Source: Candidatus Cloacimonadales bacterium (GTDB lineage Bacteria; Cloacimonadota; Cloacimonadia; Cloacimonadales; JAIOQZ01). From it: a stretch of DNA of 64,000 bases. Location of the stretch: assembly GCA_963674825.1 (NCBI GenBank), contig OY771587.1, positions 672,001 through 736,000 on the forward strand. The letters are read 5' to 3'. Shown one piece after another: positions 29,995-39,027 of this stretch. How positions within the stretch are numbered: position 1 is the first letter of the stretch; each line of letters begins with the position of its first letter. The position numbers were made by a program, and so were the translations under genes. The notes below the pieces were generated by a model that was given only the letters and a program-made list of their open reading frames with translations, did not search any database and had not been told where the DNA came from.

Positions 29995-30905
29995 GTTTCC
30001 TCCCATGTAACCGGTTGCGCTCGGTGAGCATTTTTCCAGCGGCGATGCAGCCAGAACCACTGCTCGGGATATTTTCGAATATATGAATCCATCCGTTCGA
30101 CCATCTTCTGCGTCAGGTCGTTAATATTCTCACGTGTGTCTTCGAGGTTTTCCGTGAATACCGGTTCCTCATAATATAATGTAAAGGATTTATCCGGATT
30201 GCGAACACAAACAGCCAGAAAAATTGGTGAGCCTGTCTTGATCGCGGTTTTTGCAGGCCCCGTATGCACCGATGCAGGGGCTCCGAGCACGTTCAGACGT
30301 ATTCCGTGCTTTCGGGCATCCTGGTCAGCAATAAAGGCTATAATCATATTGGCGCGCAACGCCTTGATTATATATCTGAATGATTTCGATGAATGAATCA
30401 GTGTAACGCCAGCCGATTCTCGCAAATTCTCCGTAAACTCGTTGAACCACGGGTTCCGTTGCGGCTTCATCAACGCGGCAGTCGGGATGCCATGGCGCGA
30501 CATATAGCGGCCTGCCAGCTCCCAGTTTCCGATGTGCATCGAAACCATCACCGCACCCTTGCCGTGCTCGAGCACCTTGCGGATATTTTCTTCACCCACC
30601 ATTGTGATATTCTTGAAGAGCTCGTCGTCGTCGTAGAGGTATTCCTCCGCGATCATCTCGGCCATGTTGAGGTACATCTTGCGGATAAGGTCACGCCGCT
30701 GCGCACGGGTGTATTCGGGATAAGCCCGGGCAATGTTTTCATCCGCCACTTTGCGACGGATTCCCAGGACGCAGCCGACAAAGATCGCCAGTCCCTTGAA
30801 CATAGCTTCGCCCACACGGGCGGGAAAGAGTCTGAAGATCTTGAGGGTAAGAATAAAAAAGAGGAACTCGATGCGGCTCTGAAGTGCTTTATTCTTGCGT
30901 TTCAT
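29991..30905 (-). CDS. Lipid A secondary acyltransferase (LpxL/HtrB family)
   Basis: HIGNWE, IADQD, PEQWFWLHRRWK. Confidence 0.9.
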   Translation of the reverse strand: MKRKNKALQSRIEFLFFILTLKIFRLFPARVGEAMFKGLAIFVGCVLGIRRKVADENIARAYPEYTRAQRRDLIRKMYLNMAEMIAEEYLYDDDELFKNITMVGEENIRKVLEHGKGAVMVSMHIGNWELAGRYMSRHGIPTAALMKPQRNPWFNEFTENLRESAGVTLIHSSKSFRYIIKALRANMIIAFIADQDARKHGIRLNVLGAPASVHTGPAKTAIKTGSPIFLAVCVRNPDKSFTLYYEEPVFTENLEDTRENINDLTQKMVERMDSYIRKYPEQWFWLHRRWKNAHRAQPVTWEET

Positions 30906-30906
30906 T

Positions 30907-31626
30907 TCAAGACGGCGTTCGCATGATAAGGCGCTTCATCTCCCTGACCGCTTCGGCAAATCCCGTAAACAACGCACGCGCTACGATGCTGTGGCCGATA
31001 TTGTATTCCTGAATCAATCCCAGATCGACCAGCGCGTGGATGTTGTGATAGTTCAGCCCGTGCCCGGCGACGATACGCATACCCGCAGTGCGGATCAGCT
31101 TCGCGCCTTTTTCGATGCGCTGAAGCTCCTTGCGAATGTCTTCACGGTCGGTCAGGTTAGCATAGCGTCCGGTGTGCATTTCGACAGCATCCGCGCCATA
31201 GCGGTCGGCCAGCTTGATCATCGATGCTTCGGGCTCGATGAACACACTTACTTCGATCCCGGCGTCCTTAAGCTCCTGAATCTTGCCACGAAGCGAGTCC
31301 GGCTCGAGGTTCAGGCCGCCCTCGGTGGTCAATTCTTCCCTCCGCTCCGGTACAAGGGTTACTGTATCCGGTTTCACGGTCTTGGCAACGACGATCATCT
31401 CGTCGGTCGCAGCCATCTCGAGGTTGAGCCTTGTCTGAACCGTCTGACGCAGCAAGTTGAGGTCACGAAGCTGGATGTGACGGCGGTCTTCCCGCAAGTG
31501 GATCGTTATCTGATCTGCTCCGTGCTGTTCGGCAATAAACGCGGCGTGCACGGGATCCGGTTCGATCCCCATGCGAGCCTGTCTGAGTGTTGCAAAGTGG
31601 TCTATGTTAATGCCAAGTTCCGGCAT
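30907..31626 (-). CDS. pdxJ: Pyridoxine 5'-phosphate synthase
   Basis: LGINIDHFATLRQAR, HLREDRRHIQ, TTEGGL, AGHGL, NIGHSIV. Confidence 0.97.
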   Translation of the reverse strand: MPELGINIDHFATLRQARMGIEPDPVHAAFIAEQHGADQITIHLREDRRHIQLRDLNLLRQTVQTRLNLEMAATDEMIVVAKTVKPDTVTLVPERREELTTEGGLNLEPDSLRGKIQELKDAGIEVSVFIEPEASMIKLADRYGADAVEMHTGRYANLTDREDIRKELQRIEKGAKLIRTAGMRIVAGHGLNYHNIHALVDLGLIQEYNIGHSIVARALFTGFAEAVREMKRLIMRTPS

Positions 31627-31649
31627 GAATCGCTCCCGTGTTCGTTATT

Positions 31650-32504
31650 CTACAGATTCTCGTCGTAAATCAGGATATCGGCTTCCGCACGTAACTGCTT
31701 GATGTGCCGGATGAGTTGCAATTCCGATTCGATCTGAACCAGACGCTGTTTGAGCGCACCCTTGATATCCTCGAAATCGGCAATGCGACTTTCCTTGCGG
31801 TCTGTGACCATCAGAATGTGCGTGCCAAACTGCGTCGTAATTGGATCACTGATCTCACCCACTTTCATGCTGAACGCGGCGTCCTCGATCTCCTTGACCA
31901 TCACGCCACGTGGGAAAAAGCCCAGATCGCCAGACTGCCTGAAGCTCGGACAGTCCGAGAGCATCTTGGCAATCGCACCGAAATCTTCCGGTGATTCGAT
32001 CTCATCCATGATCTCTTTGTATGTTTGGATAGCAAAGTCATTTGCATCCTTGATCAGTACATGCGATGCCCGAACCACTTCGCGCGTTTTAAATTGATTC
32101 TTGTTCATCTCATAGAAATCGCGCAGCTTTTCCTCCGGAACATCTTCCTCACGCACGCAGAAATTGTTCTGTACGTATCTGGAAACCATTAGGCGATCTC
32201 TCAATCGTTCACGCATTGTCTCCTGATCAAGACCCGTCTCAGCAAGCATGTTGTTGAAATCATCTTCTGTCTCAAAATCCATCATCAACTCAAGCAGCTT
32301 CTCCTGAATCTCGTCTGCCGAGATTTCAATGCTGGATTCACGAGCACGATTTAAAAGTAAAACCCCGTCGATAAGGTGCTCGATCGCACGTTCGCGACAC
32401 TCCATATTGGCATCCGCGAGCTGCATCTGTTTCATTACGCGAACCAGTTCGAAACGATAGCTTTCGTCCGTGATTTGATAACCATTCACTTCTGCGATGA
32501 TCAT
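31650..32504 (-). CDS. Parvulin-type peptidyl-prolyl isomerase (SurA/PrsA-like architecture)
   Basis: VRASHVLI, SDCPS..GDLGFF.RG.M, TQFGTHI; no signal peptide; start uncertain (32504 or 32516). Confidence 0.88.
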   Translation of the reverse strand: MIIAEVNGYQITDESYRFELVRVMKQMQLADANMECRERAIEHLIDGVLLLNRARESSIEISADEIQEKLLELMMDFETEDDFNNMLAETGLDQETMRERLRDRLMVSRYVQNNFCVREEDVPEEKLRDFYEMNKNQFKTREVVRASHVLIKDANDFAIQTYKEIMDEIESPEDFGAIAKMLSDCPSFRQSGDLGFFPRGVMVKEIEDAAFSMKVGEISDPITTQFGTHILMVTDRKESRIADFEDIKGALKQRLVQIESELQLIRHIKQLRAEADILIYDENL

Positions 32505-32516
32505 ATTCGCTCCCAA

Positions 32517-33428
32517 TCAAATATCCAGGGTATCCAAAATTGCCCTGGTAACCGGATATATGTTAATATCGGTGCATTCCAATGTCAAATCGAATTCGAT
32601 GCTTCGATACCATGTCATCTGGCGTTTGGCGTAATTCCTCGATTTCTGCTTGGCAAGGTCGATTGCCGCCTTGAAATCGCCGCCGTCATGTAGCCAATCG
32701 ACTAGCTCCCGGTAACCCACAGCGTTCATTCCGGGATCCTCCGATTTGTAACCCATTTCCAGTAATCGTTTTACTTCGTCAAGGAATCCATTTTTCATCA
32801 TATCGTCAAAACGGCCGTCTATCCTTTCGTAGAGCACATCCCGGCCAGGTTGGATGAGAATATTAAAGCTGTTGCAACGATATTCTTCCTGCTGATGCTT
32901 CCAGTGCTCGCTCATCGACATGCCCGTCTGCTCGTAGATTTCCAGTGCACGGACAACTCGTTTGATGTCGTTGGGATGAACTCGCCCAGCAGAAATGGGA
33001 TCGACCTCCCTCAATCGCTCAAAAACCCTCACCGGCTCCGCTTCTGCCTGCTGCATCAGCCGTTGCCGCAAGTCCTCATCCACCTTTGGCGATTCGAATA
33101 AACCATTTTGCAGAGCACGGATATAGAATCCAGTACCACCGGCGATGATCGGGATTTTCTCCTCGCTGTTCAGCCGCCGCACGATCGCTCCAGCTTCATC
33201 GGTAAATCGCCCTGCGCTGTATGATTCATCGGGATCCACGACATCGATCAGATGATGCGGAATACCAGCCATCTCCAGCCTCGTGGGCTTGGCGGTTCCA
33301 ATATCCATGTAGCGATATACCTGCCGGGAATCGGCCGAGATGATCTCGGTATCCAGTTCCTTTGCCAGCTTCAGTGCAAGCGATGTCTTTCCCGAAGCGG
33401 TCGGGCCCTGAACCGTTATAAACTTCAT
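32517..33428 (-). CDS. miaA: tRNA dimethylallyltransferase
   Basis: GPTASGKT, SADSRQVYRYMDIGTAKP, GGTGFY, RNYAKRQMTW; start overlaps the mutL stop. Confidence 0.96.
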   Translation of the reverse strand: MKFITVQGPTASGKTSLALKLAKELDTEIISADSRQVYRYMDIGTAKPTRLEMAGIPHHLIDVVDPDESYSAGRFTDEAGAIVRRLNSEEKIPIIAGGTGFYIRALQNGLFESPKVDEDLRQRLMQQAEAEPVRVFERLREVDPISAGRVHPNDIKRVVRALEIYEQTGMSMSEHWKHQQEEYRCNSFNILIQPGRDVLYERIDGRFDDMMKNGFLDEVKRLLEMGYKSEDPGMNAVGYRELVDWLHDGGDFKAAIDLAKQKSRNYAKRQMTWYRSIEFDLTLECTDINIYPVTRAILDTLDI

Positions 33429-35272
33429 GACTCGATTCGCTTGAACTTCTTCTCCAGTTCGGTAAGTGTCATCTTGATGATCAGCGGTCTTCCGTGCGGA
33501 CAGAAGTAAGGTACATCGCAGGAAAAGAGGTCGCTGATGAGCGCTACCATCTCCTTGCGTCCCATTTTGCGGTTCGCCTTGATGGCCGCCTTGCACGCTA
33601 CTGATTTGGCAAGACTGTCCCGGAAATCCTCCGTTTCGGAAAACTCGTCCCGGAGCTGCCGCAGGATGTCGATGAACACCTCTCCCCCATCCCAGTCTTC
33701 CAACTCGGCGGGGATTTCGTCGATCACGATCGAATTGCCGCTGAAACTCTTGATGGTGAAGCCGACCTTGTTGATCGTCTCCATATTGGCTTCCACGAGG
33801 TCTTGCACCACGTCGTAGAGATGCGTCGGGATATCCACAACCAGCGGGAATAAAAGCTTTTGTGTAGGTGCCGGCATACCGTGAATTCGGTGCAGCAGTT
33901 TCTCGTAAAGGATGCGTTCGTGCGCAGCGTGTTGGTCAATCATCATCAAGCCTTCTTCCACCTGCACCAGAATATACGTCTGATGAAGCTGCCAGGGATT
34001 GATCATGTCCTCTTCGGCCCTTAGCTTGACGCGTTGCGTCTCCTGGGGAATATCAGCCGGCGCTTGCGATTCTGGTTGTATCTGCTGCTCCACCGGGATA
34101 AATATATCCGGCTGGTAGAGGCTACCGAATTCGTCCTTCACCTGGCTGAAACGTCTGGGTTCGGTCCGCTGACGATAGATTTTCACATCCACAGGCTTGA
34201 TCTCTTTCCTTTCATGGCCCTGCTCGATCCGCTCCCGCACCGATTTGAAACGTTCGTCTTCGTACTTCATCAGACGCTTTCCGATGGCATTCTTGATGAA
34301 TCCATGCACGCTGCCGGCGTCTCGGAAACGAATTTCCAGCTTGGCGGGATGGACGTTGAAGTCGATAAGCGTGGGATCCATCTCCATGAAAAGAATGTAT
34401 GGCGGGACGCTACTGCCCTGGAATAGCCGAAGCTTCTGCACGTATGGCTCATATGCTGCCTTGAGCGCATGCAGTATGATCTTGTCGCGGATGAAGCGGC
34501 CGTTGACGAACATGTAGCGGTAGTCGTGCAGCCCTTCAGGGACCTCATCCAGACCTTTAATATAGCCTTCGAGCTTCATGTTGCCGCCCTCGGCTTCGAT
34601 CTCTACCATATCCAGCTTTTTGAAATCGCTACCGAACACTGCCAGAAGTCGCTTTTCACGCGTCTCGACAGCAGGATAGTTGAGCTTTGTTCTTCCGTTG
34701 GCAACGAGCTTGAAATGCACGCCCGGAAACAGAACCGCCTGATAATGTATGTAATTCTGAATATGTCGATATTCCACATCGTCCGACTTGAGAAACTTCT
34801 TGCGTGCAGGGATATTGGCGAAGAGTTTTCGTACGGTGACCGTCGTGCCCTGATTGGCAGCGGCCTTCTCCACACCGCGGATCACACCCGAATCGATTTC
34901 GATTTTGGTCGCCAGCTCGCTCTCTTCATCTCTCGTCAGGAGCGTCATGCGACTGACCGACGCGATACTGGGCATCGCTTCGCCACGGAAGCCAAGCGTC
35001 GAGATTTCGAAGATATCAGAGACAGTGCGGATTTTGGAGGTAGCATGCCGTTCCAGCGCGGTGAGAGCGTCGTCTTCGTTCATGCCGCAACCATTGTCGA
35101 TCACCTCGATCAGGGATTTTCCACCCCGCTCGACGTTGACCGTAATCGCCCCGGCTCCACTGTCCAACGCGTTCTCCACCAGTTCTTTCACCACCGACGC
35201 CGGGCGTTCGATAACCTCTCCCGCCGCGATCCGGTTGGCGACTTCCTCCGCTAAAACCTTGACTCTACGCAT
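33425..35272 (-). CDS. mutL: DNA mismatch repair endonuclease MutL
   Basis: IAAGEVIERPASVVKELVEN, GFRGEA, DQHAAHERILYE, ACKAA, CPHGRP. Confidence 0.97.
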   Translation of the reverse strand: MRRVKVLAEEVANRIAAGEVIERPASVVKELVENALDSGAGAITVNVERGGKSLIEVIDNGCGMNEDDALTALERHATSKIRTVSDIFEISTLGFRGEAMPSIASVSRMTLLTRDEESELATKIEIDSGVIRGVEKAAANQGTTVTVRKLFANIPARKKFLKSDDVEYRHIQNYIHYQAVLFPGVHFKLVANGRTKLNYPAVETREKRLLAVFGSDFKKLDMVEIEAEGGNMKLEGYIKGLDEVPEGLHDYRYMFVNGRFIRDKIILHALKAAYEPYVQKLRLFQGSSVPPYILFMEMDPTLIDFNVHPAKLEIRFRDAGSVHGFIKNAIGKRLMKYEDERFKSVRERIEQGHERKEIKPVDVKIYRQRTEPRRFSQVKDEFGSLYQPDIFIPVEQQIQPESQAPADIPQETQRVKLRAEEDMINPWQLHQTYILVQVEEGLMMIDQHAAHERILYEKLLHRIHGMPAPTQKLLFPLVVDIPTHLYDVVQDLVEANMETINKVGFTIKSFSGNSIVIDEIPAELEDWDGGEVFIDILRQLRDEFSETEDFRDSLAKSVACKAAIKANRKMGRKEMVALISDLFSCDVPYFCPHGRPLIIKMTLTELEKKFKRIES

Positions 35273-35413
35273 GATATGTCCCTTAAATCGAATTACTCCA
35301 ACTATCGCATGCGCGTGATTTTTGTAAAATGAAATCTTCCGATTGTTCGATGCAATCCGTAGCCGTATCATTGCAAAGACTCCGAACGGTTACCAACACG
35401 CCCCCGAATTGAC

Positions 35414-35692
35414 TTGATTGCTGTAGAATGGAGCAACCTTGATAAATATTTCTTTACATGCGAGGGGCGCATTACGTATGATGATACTAACAAAGTATAC
35501 GAGTTTGTATATGACATCACAGACTACCTGGGGAATACGCGTGTGAGCTTCAAACCATCGACCAGCGGACCTGATATCATGCAGGAAGACCACTACTACC
35601 CGTTCGGGATGAAAATGCCCGGCCTGTGTAGCGTGTACGACCACCCCGAAACCAAATTCACCAGTGGCGGCAAGGAGCTGGATATGAAATGA
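35414..35692 (+). pseudogene. Rhs-core fragment (copy 1)
   Basis: TDYLGNTRV, YYPFGM, KFT.GGKEL; truncated before DPxG. Confidence 0.8.
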
Positions 35693-36060
35693 CATCAGCA
35701 AAAGGGAACATGATTGTAAGTCCCGAATTTCTACCCGTGATTCAAAGGGTTAATGGTGGTCATCATGATGGTTTTATGCCAGCAGAGGTTAATCCCTTTA
35801 GACATAACGCAACTGTTATTATCAGACCTGACATTGTCCTGCAGCAGAATAGCGCTGATATACCACGTACAAATCCTATATTTCATGAGTTTTCCGAAAT
35901 GAGGTACATGGTCAAGTCTGGCATGGTAAGATATCCGTTTCCATATATCCTTAGGGCAGCACATATTGAGGCTGGCAATGACGGTATCACAAGAGCCACA
36001 ATCGATGGATTAAATCCCTCAAGAGCCGGAGGCTGTGCCGACGGCTGGAGGTATAAATAA
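35689..36060 (+). CDS. Orphan putative toxin C-terminal domain (HExxE...AH motif)
   Basis: Directly follows the Rhs fragment; FHEFSEMRYM..G..AAH; lower GC than flanks. Confidence 0.45.
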   Translation: MTSAKGNMIVSPEFLPVIQRVNGGHHDGFMPAEVNPFRHNATVIIRPDIVLQQNSADIPRTNPIFHEFSEMRYMVKSGMVRYPFPYILRAAHIEAGNDGITRATIDGLNPSRAGGCADGWRYK

Positions 36061-36628
36061 TGAATCGTGCTTTTCTTCTTTTTCTTCTAACTATGTCATT
36101 CGGATTATCTTCACTGACGAGACAATCTTCATACCATAATGACGATATCCAGCTCAGTATAGCATTGCAGGACACTATATATTGTATTAATGATACCGTC
36201 ACACTTGAGGTAACTATCGTGAATATCAGTAAAAAACGCATGCTGGTGTTTCCCGTATTCGACACATCTCGTGCAGTTCCAAGTATTGTGAAAGCCGGAG
36301 AAGAAAGAAACGTGGTATTTGGAATATCATCATATTTAGGAGATTGGACCCATTTGGGGACATTGCCAGAGTTACGGGTGTTTTTTCCATCTGATACGAT
36401 CACAACAACACAGAAAATCATACTGACGGCTTCATTGGCTTTTCATGAAGCTTCATACTTGAATATTGCATATTCATTTAGTTATTTTCCATATTCGGAG
36501 CTCGCATTTCGTATGTCAAGTGAACATTGGATATCGTAGATTCGCGGACTATAGAGGGGACCAAGGTATATTGGGATGCTTTTCGCACATTAGAAGTCAA
36601 TGGGCTACAGATAAAGATCGTCGAATAA
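36060..36628 (+). pseudogene. Putative periplasmic immunity protein, probably frameshifted near 36520-36539
   Basis: Signal peptide, beta-rich; abuts the upstream stop; ORF stops at 36539 but another frame continues DSRTIEGTKVYWDAFRTLEVNGLQIKIVE* to 36628. Confidence 0.45.
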
Positions 36629-36643
36629 TACATTTGGATGAGA

Positions 36644-37413
36644 AAAACCACTACTACCCGTTCGAGATGAAAATGCCCGGCCTGTGTAGCGTGTACAACG
36701 ACCCCGAAACCAAGTTCACCGGTGGCGGCAAAGAGCTGGAGGATGACTACAACCTAAACCCTTTGAGTGACGACGGGTACCACTACGGCGTGCGCCACTA
36801 CGATCCGCAGCTCTGCCGATGGCAGCAGGTCGATCCCGCGGATGAGTTCCACAGCCCGTATGTGTATTGTGCGAATAATCCAGCCAACGTAATTGATCCG
36901 GATGGGACTACTGTGCTGTTTTTAAATGATGGTAGTTATAAAATCATAGATGACGAAATCGGGATTGAGAAGGGGGCATACGAGGATGACTACAAGGAAA
37001 AAGGGATGGATGCTGCAACCATAAATATATCCTTCATCACTCTAGAAGATATTAACAATGAAATTGATACCTATATTCAACCCAATGCTGTAGATATACT
37101 CTCGGATAACAATCTATCTTTCTATCAAATGGCAGAATCTTTCGAGACGCAACTCTTCGAAGGAGTAGGCAAACCACCAGAAACCTTGACACATTACCTG
37201 GTGACCGATTTAAACTCATGGTACAGGTCTGATGAGCTAAATTATATTGGAATTGGCACATTATACCGAAACCATCCAGATATGTATCGCTATCACATGC
37301 ACATTGATATCTTCGCTTGGAAATTATACAAATATTGGGAATTACCCACAAAAGGCGTTATATTTTGGGCTAATTATGGTTTTGACTATAGATCAAAGAG
37401 TGCTGGAGAATAG
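36644..37413 (+). CDS. Orphan Rhs core (copy 2) + variable C-terminal toxin domain
   Basis: YYPF, GKELE, YG.R.YDPQL.RWQQVDP, SPYVYCANNP..IDPDG, then an AT-rich ~168-aa CT; no clear start. Confidence 0.8.
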
Positions 37414-37416
37414 GCA

Positions 37417-38055
37417 ATGATAAAATCTATATTGCTGTGTGTTGCCACCTTCCTGCTAATCAGTTATGCCATAAGTTATATCGATGGATATCTAGTACTT
37501 GGCCTGCAAGAACATGGGGATGTTCAAATGCAAGTTCAACCCACAATATTATTCAGCGTGTTAATCTTACTGATAGTCATAAACCGCAGAGCCGGAATAA
37601 GGAAACTAATTCTTTCGGTTATCTTGTTTGTTTTACTTGCTGTTGTAGCATTCTTTTTCTCTAAACCCCTTAGAGATAAAGCCCAAGTATACGGCTTCCG
37701 CACGAGAATTGAAAGCTTGTGGAATTTAGAGAAATTAGAACAATGCACTGATAGCCTCGTATTTGAAAAAGGAATTTCACCTGGGACATCCTACTACAAA
37801 GTATTTACAAATGATGATTTGCCCAATTGCTTCACACTTTTTTTGAATAGCCAAGATGATCTGAAACCAAAAGTTACTTTAGATACAGGGCTTAGACATT
37901 GTTACATTAGCCTAGAATTTGAACTATATTCTGTTTCAATCGTGCCTTCTGGTTTTCCAGTGATAGAATTATTACAGTCAATTCGCAAAGACAGGGTTTT
38001 CTTCATTTTTAGCGACAGGCTTAACAGGAGTTGGAATCCGTATCTGAATTATTAA
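37417..38055 (+). CDS. Putative membrane-anchored immunity protein
   Basis: 3 bp after the toxin stop; three hydrophobic segments; AT-rich. Confidence 0.55.
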   Translation: MIKSILLCVATFLLISYAISYIDGYLVLGLQEHGDVQMQVQPTILFSVLILLIVINRRAGIRKLILSVILFVLLAVVAFFFSKPLRDKAQVYGFRTRIESLWNLEKLEQCTDSLVFEKGISPGTSYYKVFTNDDLPNCFTLFLNSQDDLKPKVTLDTGLRHCYISLEFELYSVSIVPSGFPVIELLQSIRKDRVFFIFSDRLNRSWNPYLNY

Positions 38056-38073
38056 TGCGCAGAATCCCAAGCC

Positions 38074-38523
38074 GTGCTTTACGGTCATGTTTCTGTGGGG
38101 CTTGTCAGTTTTATCGGCAGCGCAATATACGAAGACAGCATCCTGAAAATTATCCTTACATCCGAAGGGCGCATTACATATGATGATACCAACAAAGTAT
38201 ATGAGTTTGTTTACGACATAACAGACTACCTGGGGAATACGCGCGTGAGCTTCAAACCATCGACCAGCGGACCTGATATCATGCAGGAAAACCACGACTA
38301 CCCGTTCGGGATGAAAATGCCCGGCGTGTGTAGCGTATACGACGACCCCGAAACCAAATTCACCGGTGGCGGCAAAGAGCTGGAGGATGACTACAACCTG
38401 AATTGGTATCACTACGGCGCTCGCTACTACGACCCGCAGCTCGGTAGATGGCAGCAGGTCGATCCGGTGGATGAAACAATCACATTGATTGAAGCACTTC
38501 GTTGGATATTGCCCTGCACATAG
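38074..38523 (+). pseudogene. Rhs-core fragment (copy 3)
   Basis: TDYLGNTRV, YPFGM, WYHYGARYYDPQLGRWQQVDP, then truncated. Confidence 0.82.
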
Positions 38524-38612
38524 ATCAGCACAGAATTGGTGTTGATTTTCAAATGATTCGTGATAATTATAGTAACTAATCGCCCATGCAAATGAATCTG
38601 ATGAGAAGAAAA

Positions 38613-38690
38613 TGGTCGGGATGAGAAGATTTGAACTTCCGACCTTACGGTCCCGAACCGTACGCGCTAACCGGACTGCGCTACATCCCG
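38613..38690 (-). tRNA. tRNA-Pro (anticodon CGG)
   Basis: CGGGATG-TAGCGCAGTCCGGTTAGCGCG-TACGG TTCGGGA CCGTA-..GTTCAAATC..CATCCCG-ACCA; cloverleaf with encoded CCA. Confidence 0.97.
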
Positions 38691-38875
38691 ACGTTCAAGT
38701 TATGCAAGAAACGCTGAGGGGGTTTTCTTGTCAAATGATTTTTCACACAATTCTCATCATGCATGCTGCGGTACATTGCAGTTCATTTCAGCAAGGAAAG
38801 TTGCATCCTTAAGTTGCTTGTGAAATCACCGCAAAATCGCTTAGTACGCGCCTCAACTTACGCATTCAGATTTTC

Positions 38876-38903
38876 TTGACAACCGAACTGAACCAGTTAT
38901 ATT
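38876..38903 (+). promoter_or_regulatory. Possible sigma-70 promoter of the LamG/GLUG gene
   Basis: TTGACA-N16-TATATT. Confidence 0.4.
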
Positions 38904-39027
38904 TTTCATACAGAAATGTGTAATGGTAACGATTGGATCAGAAACTACTCTAACAGGCCTTAATCAAACTGACACTATAAGCACTATGTTTCAATAATTT
39001 TATCTTCGCACGCATAGGGAGGTTATC

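Noticed and set aside
28675..30027. 450-aa plus-strand ORF
   Set aside because: Antisense shadow of the glgA-like gene; no motifs.
35462..38474. Rhs repeats as a diversity-generating retroelement TR/VR pair
   Set aside because: Mismatches involve all bases rather than being adenine-specific, and no reverse transcriptase is in the window.
35272..38690. tRNA-integrated island with att repeats
   Set aside because: No copy of the tRNA 3' end at the left border and no integrase; only a short ATGAGAAGA echo adjacent to the tRNA.
38612..38812. 66-aa ORF MVGMRRFELPT
   Set aside because: Antisense shadow of tRNA-Pro.
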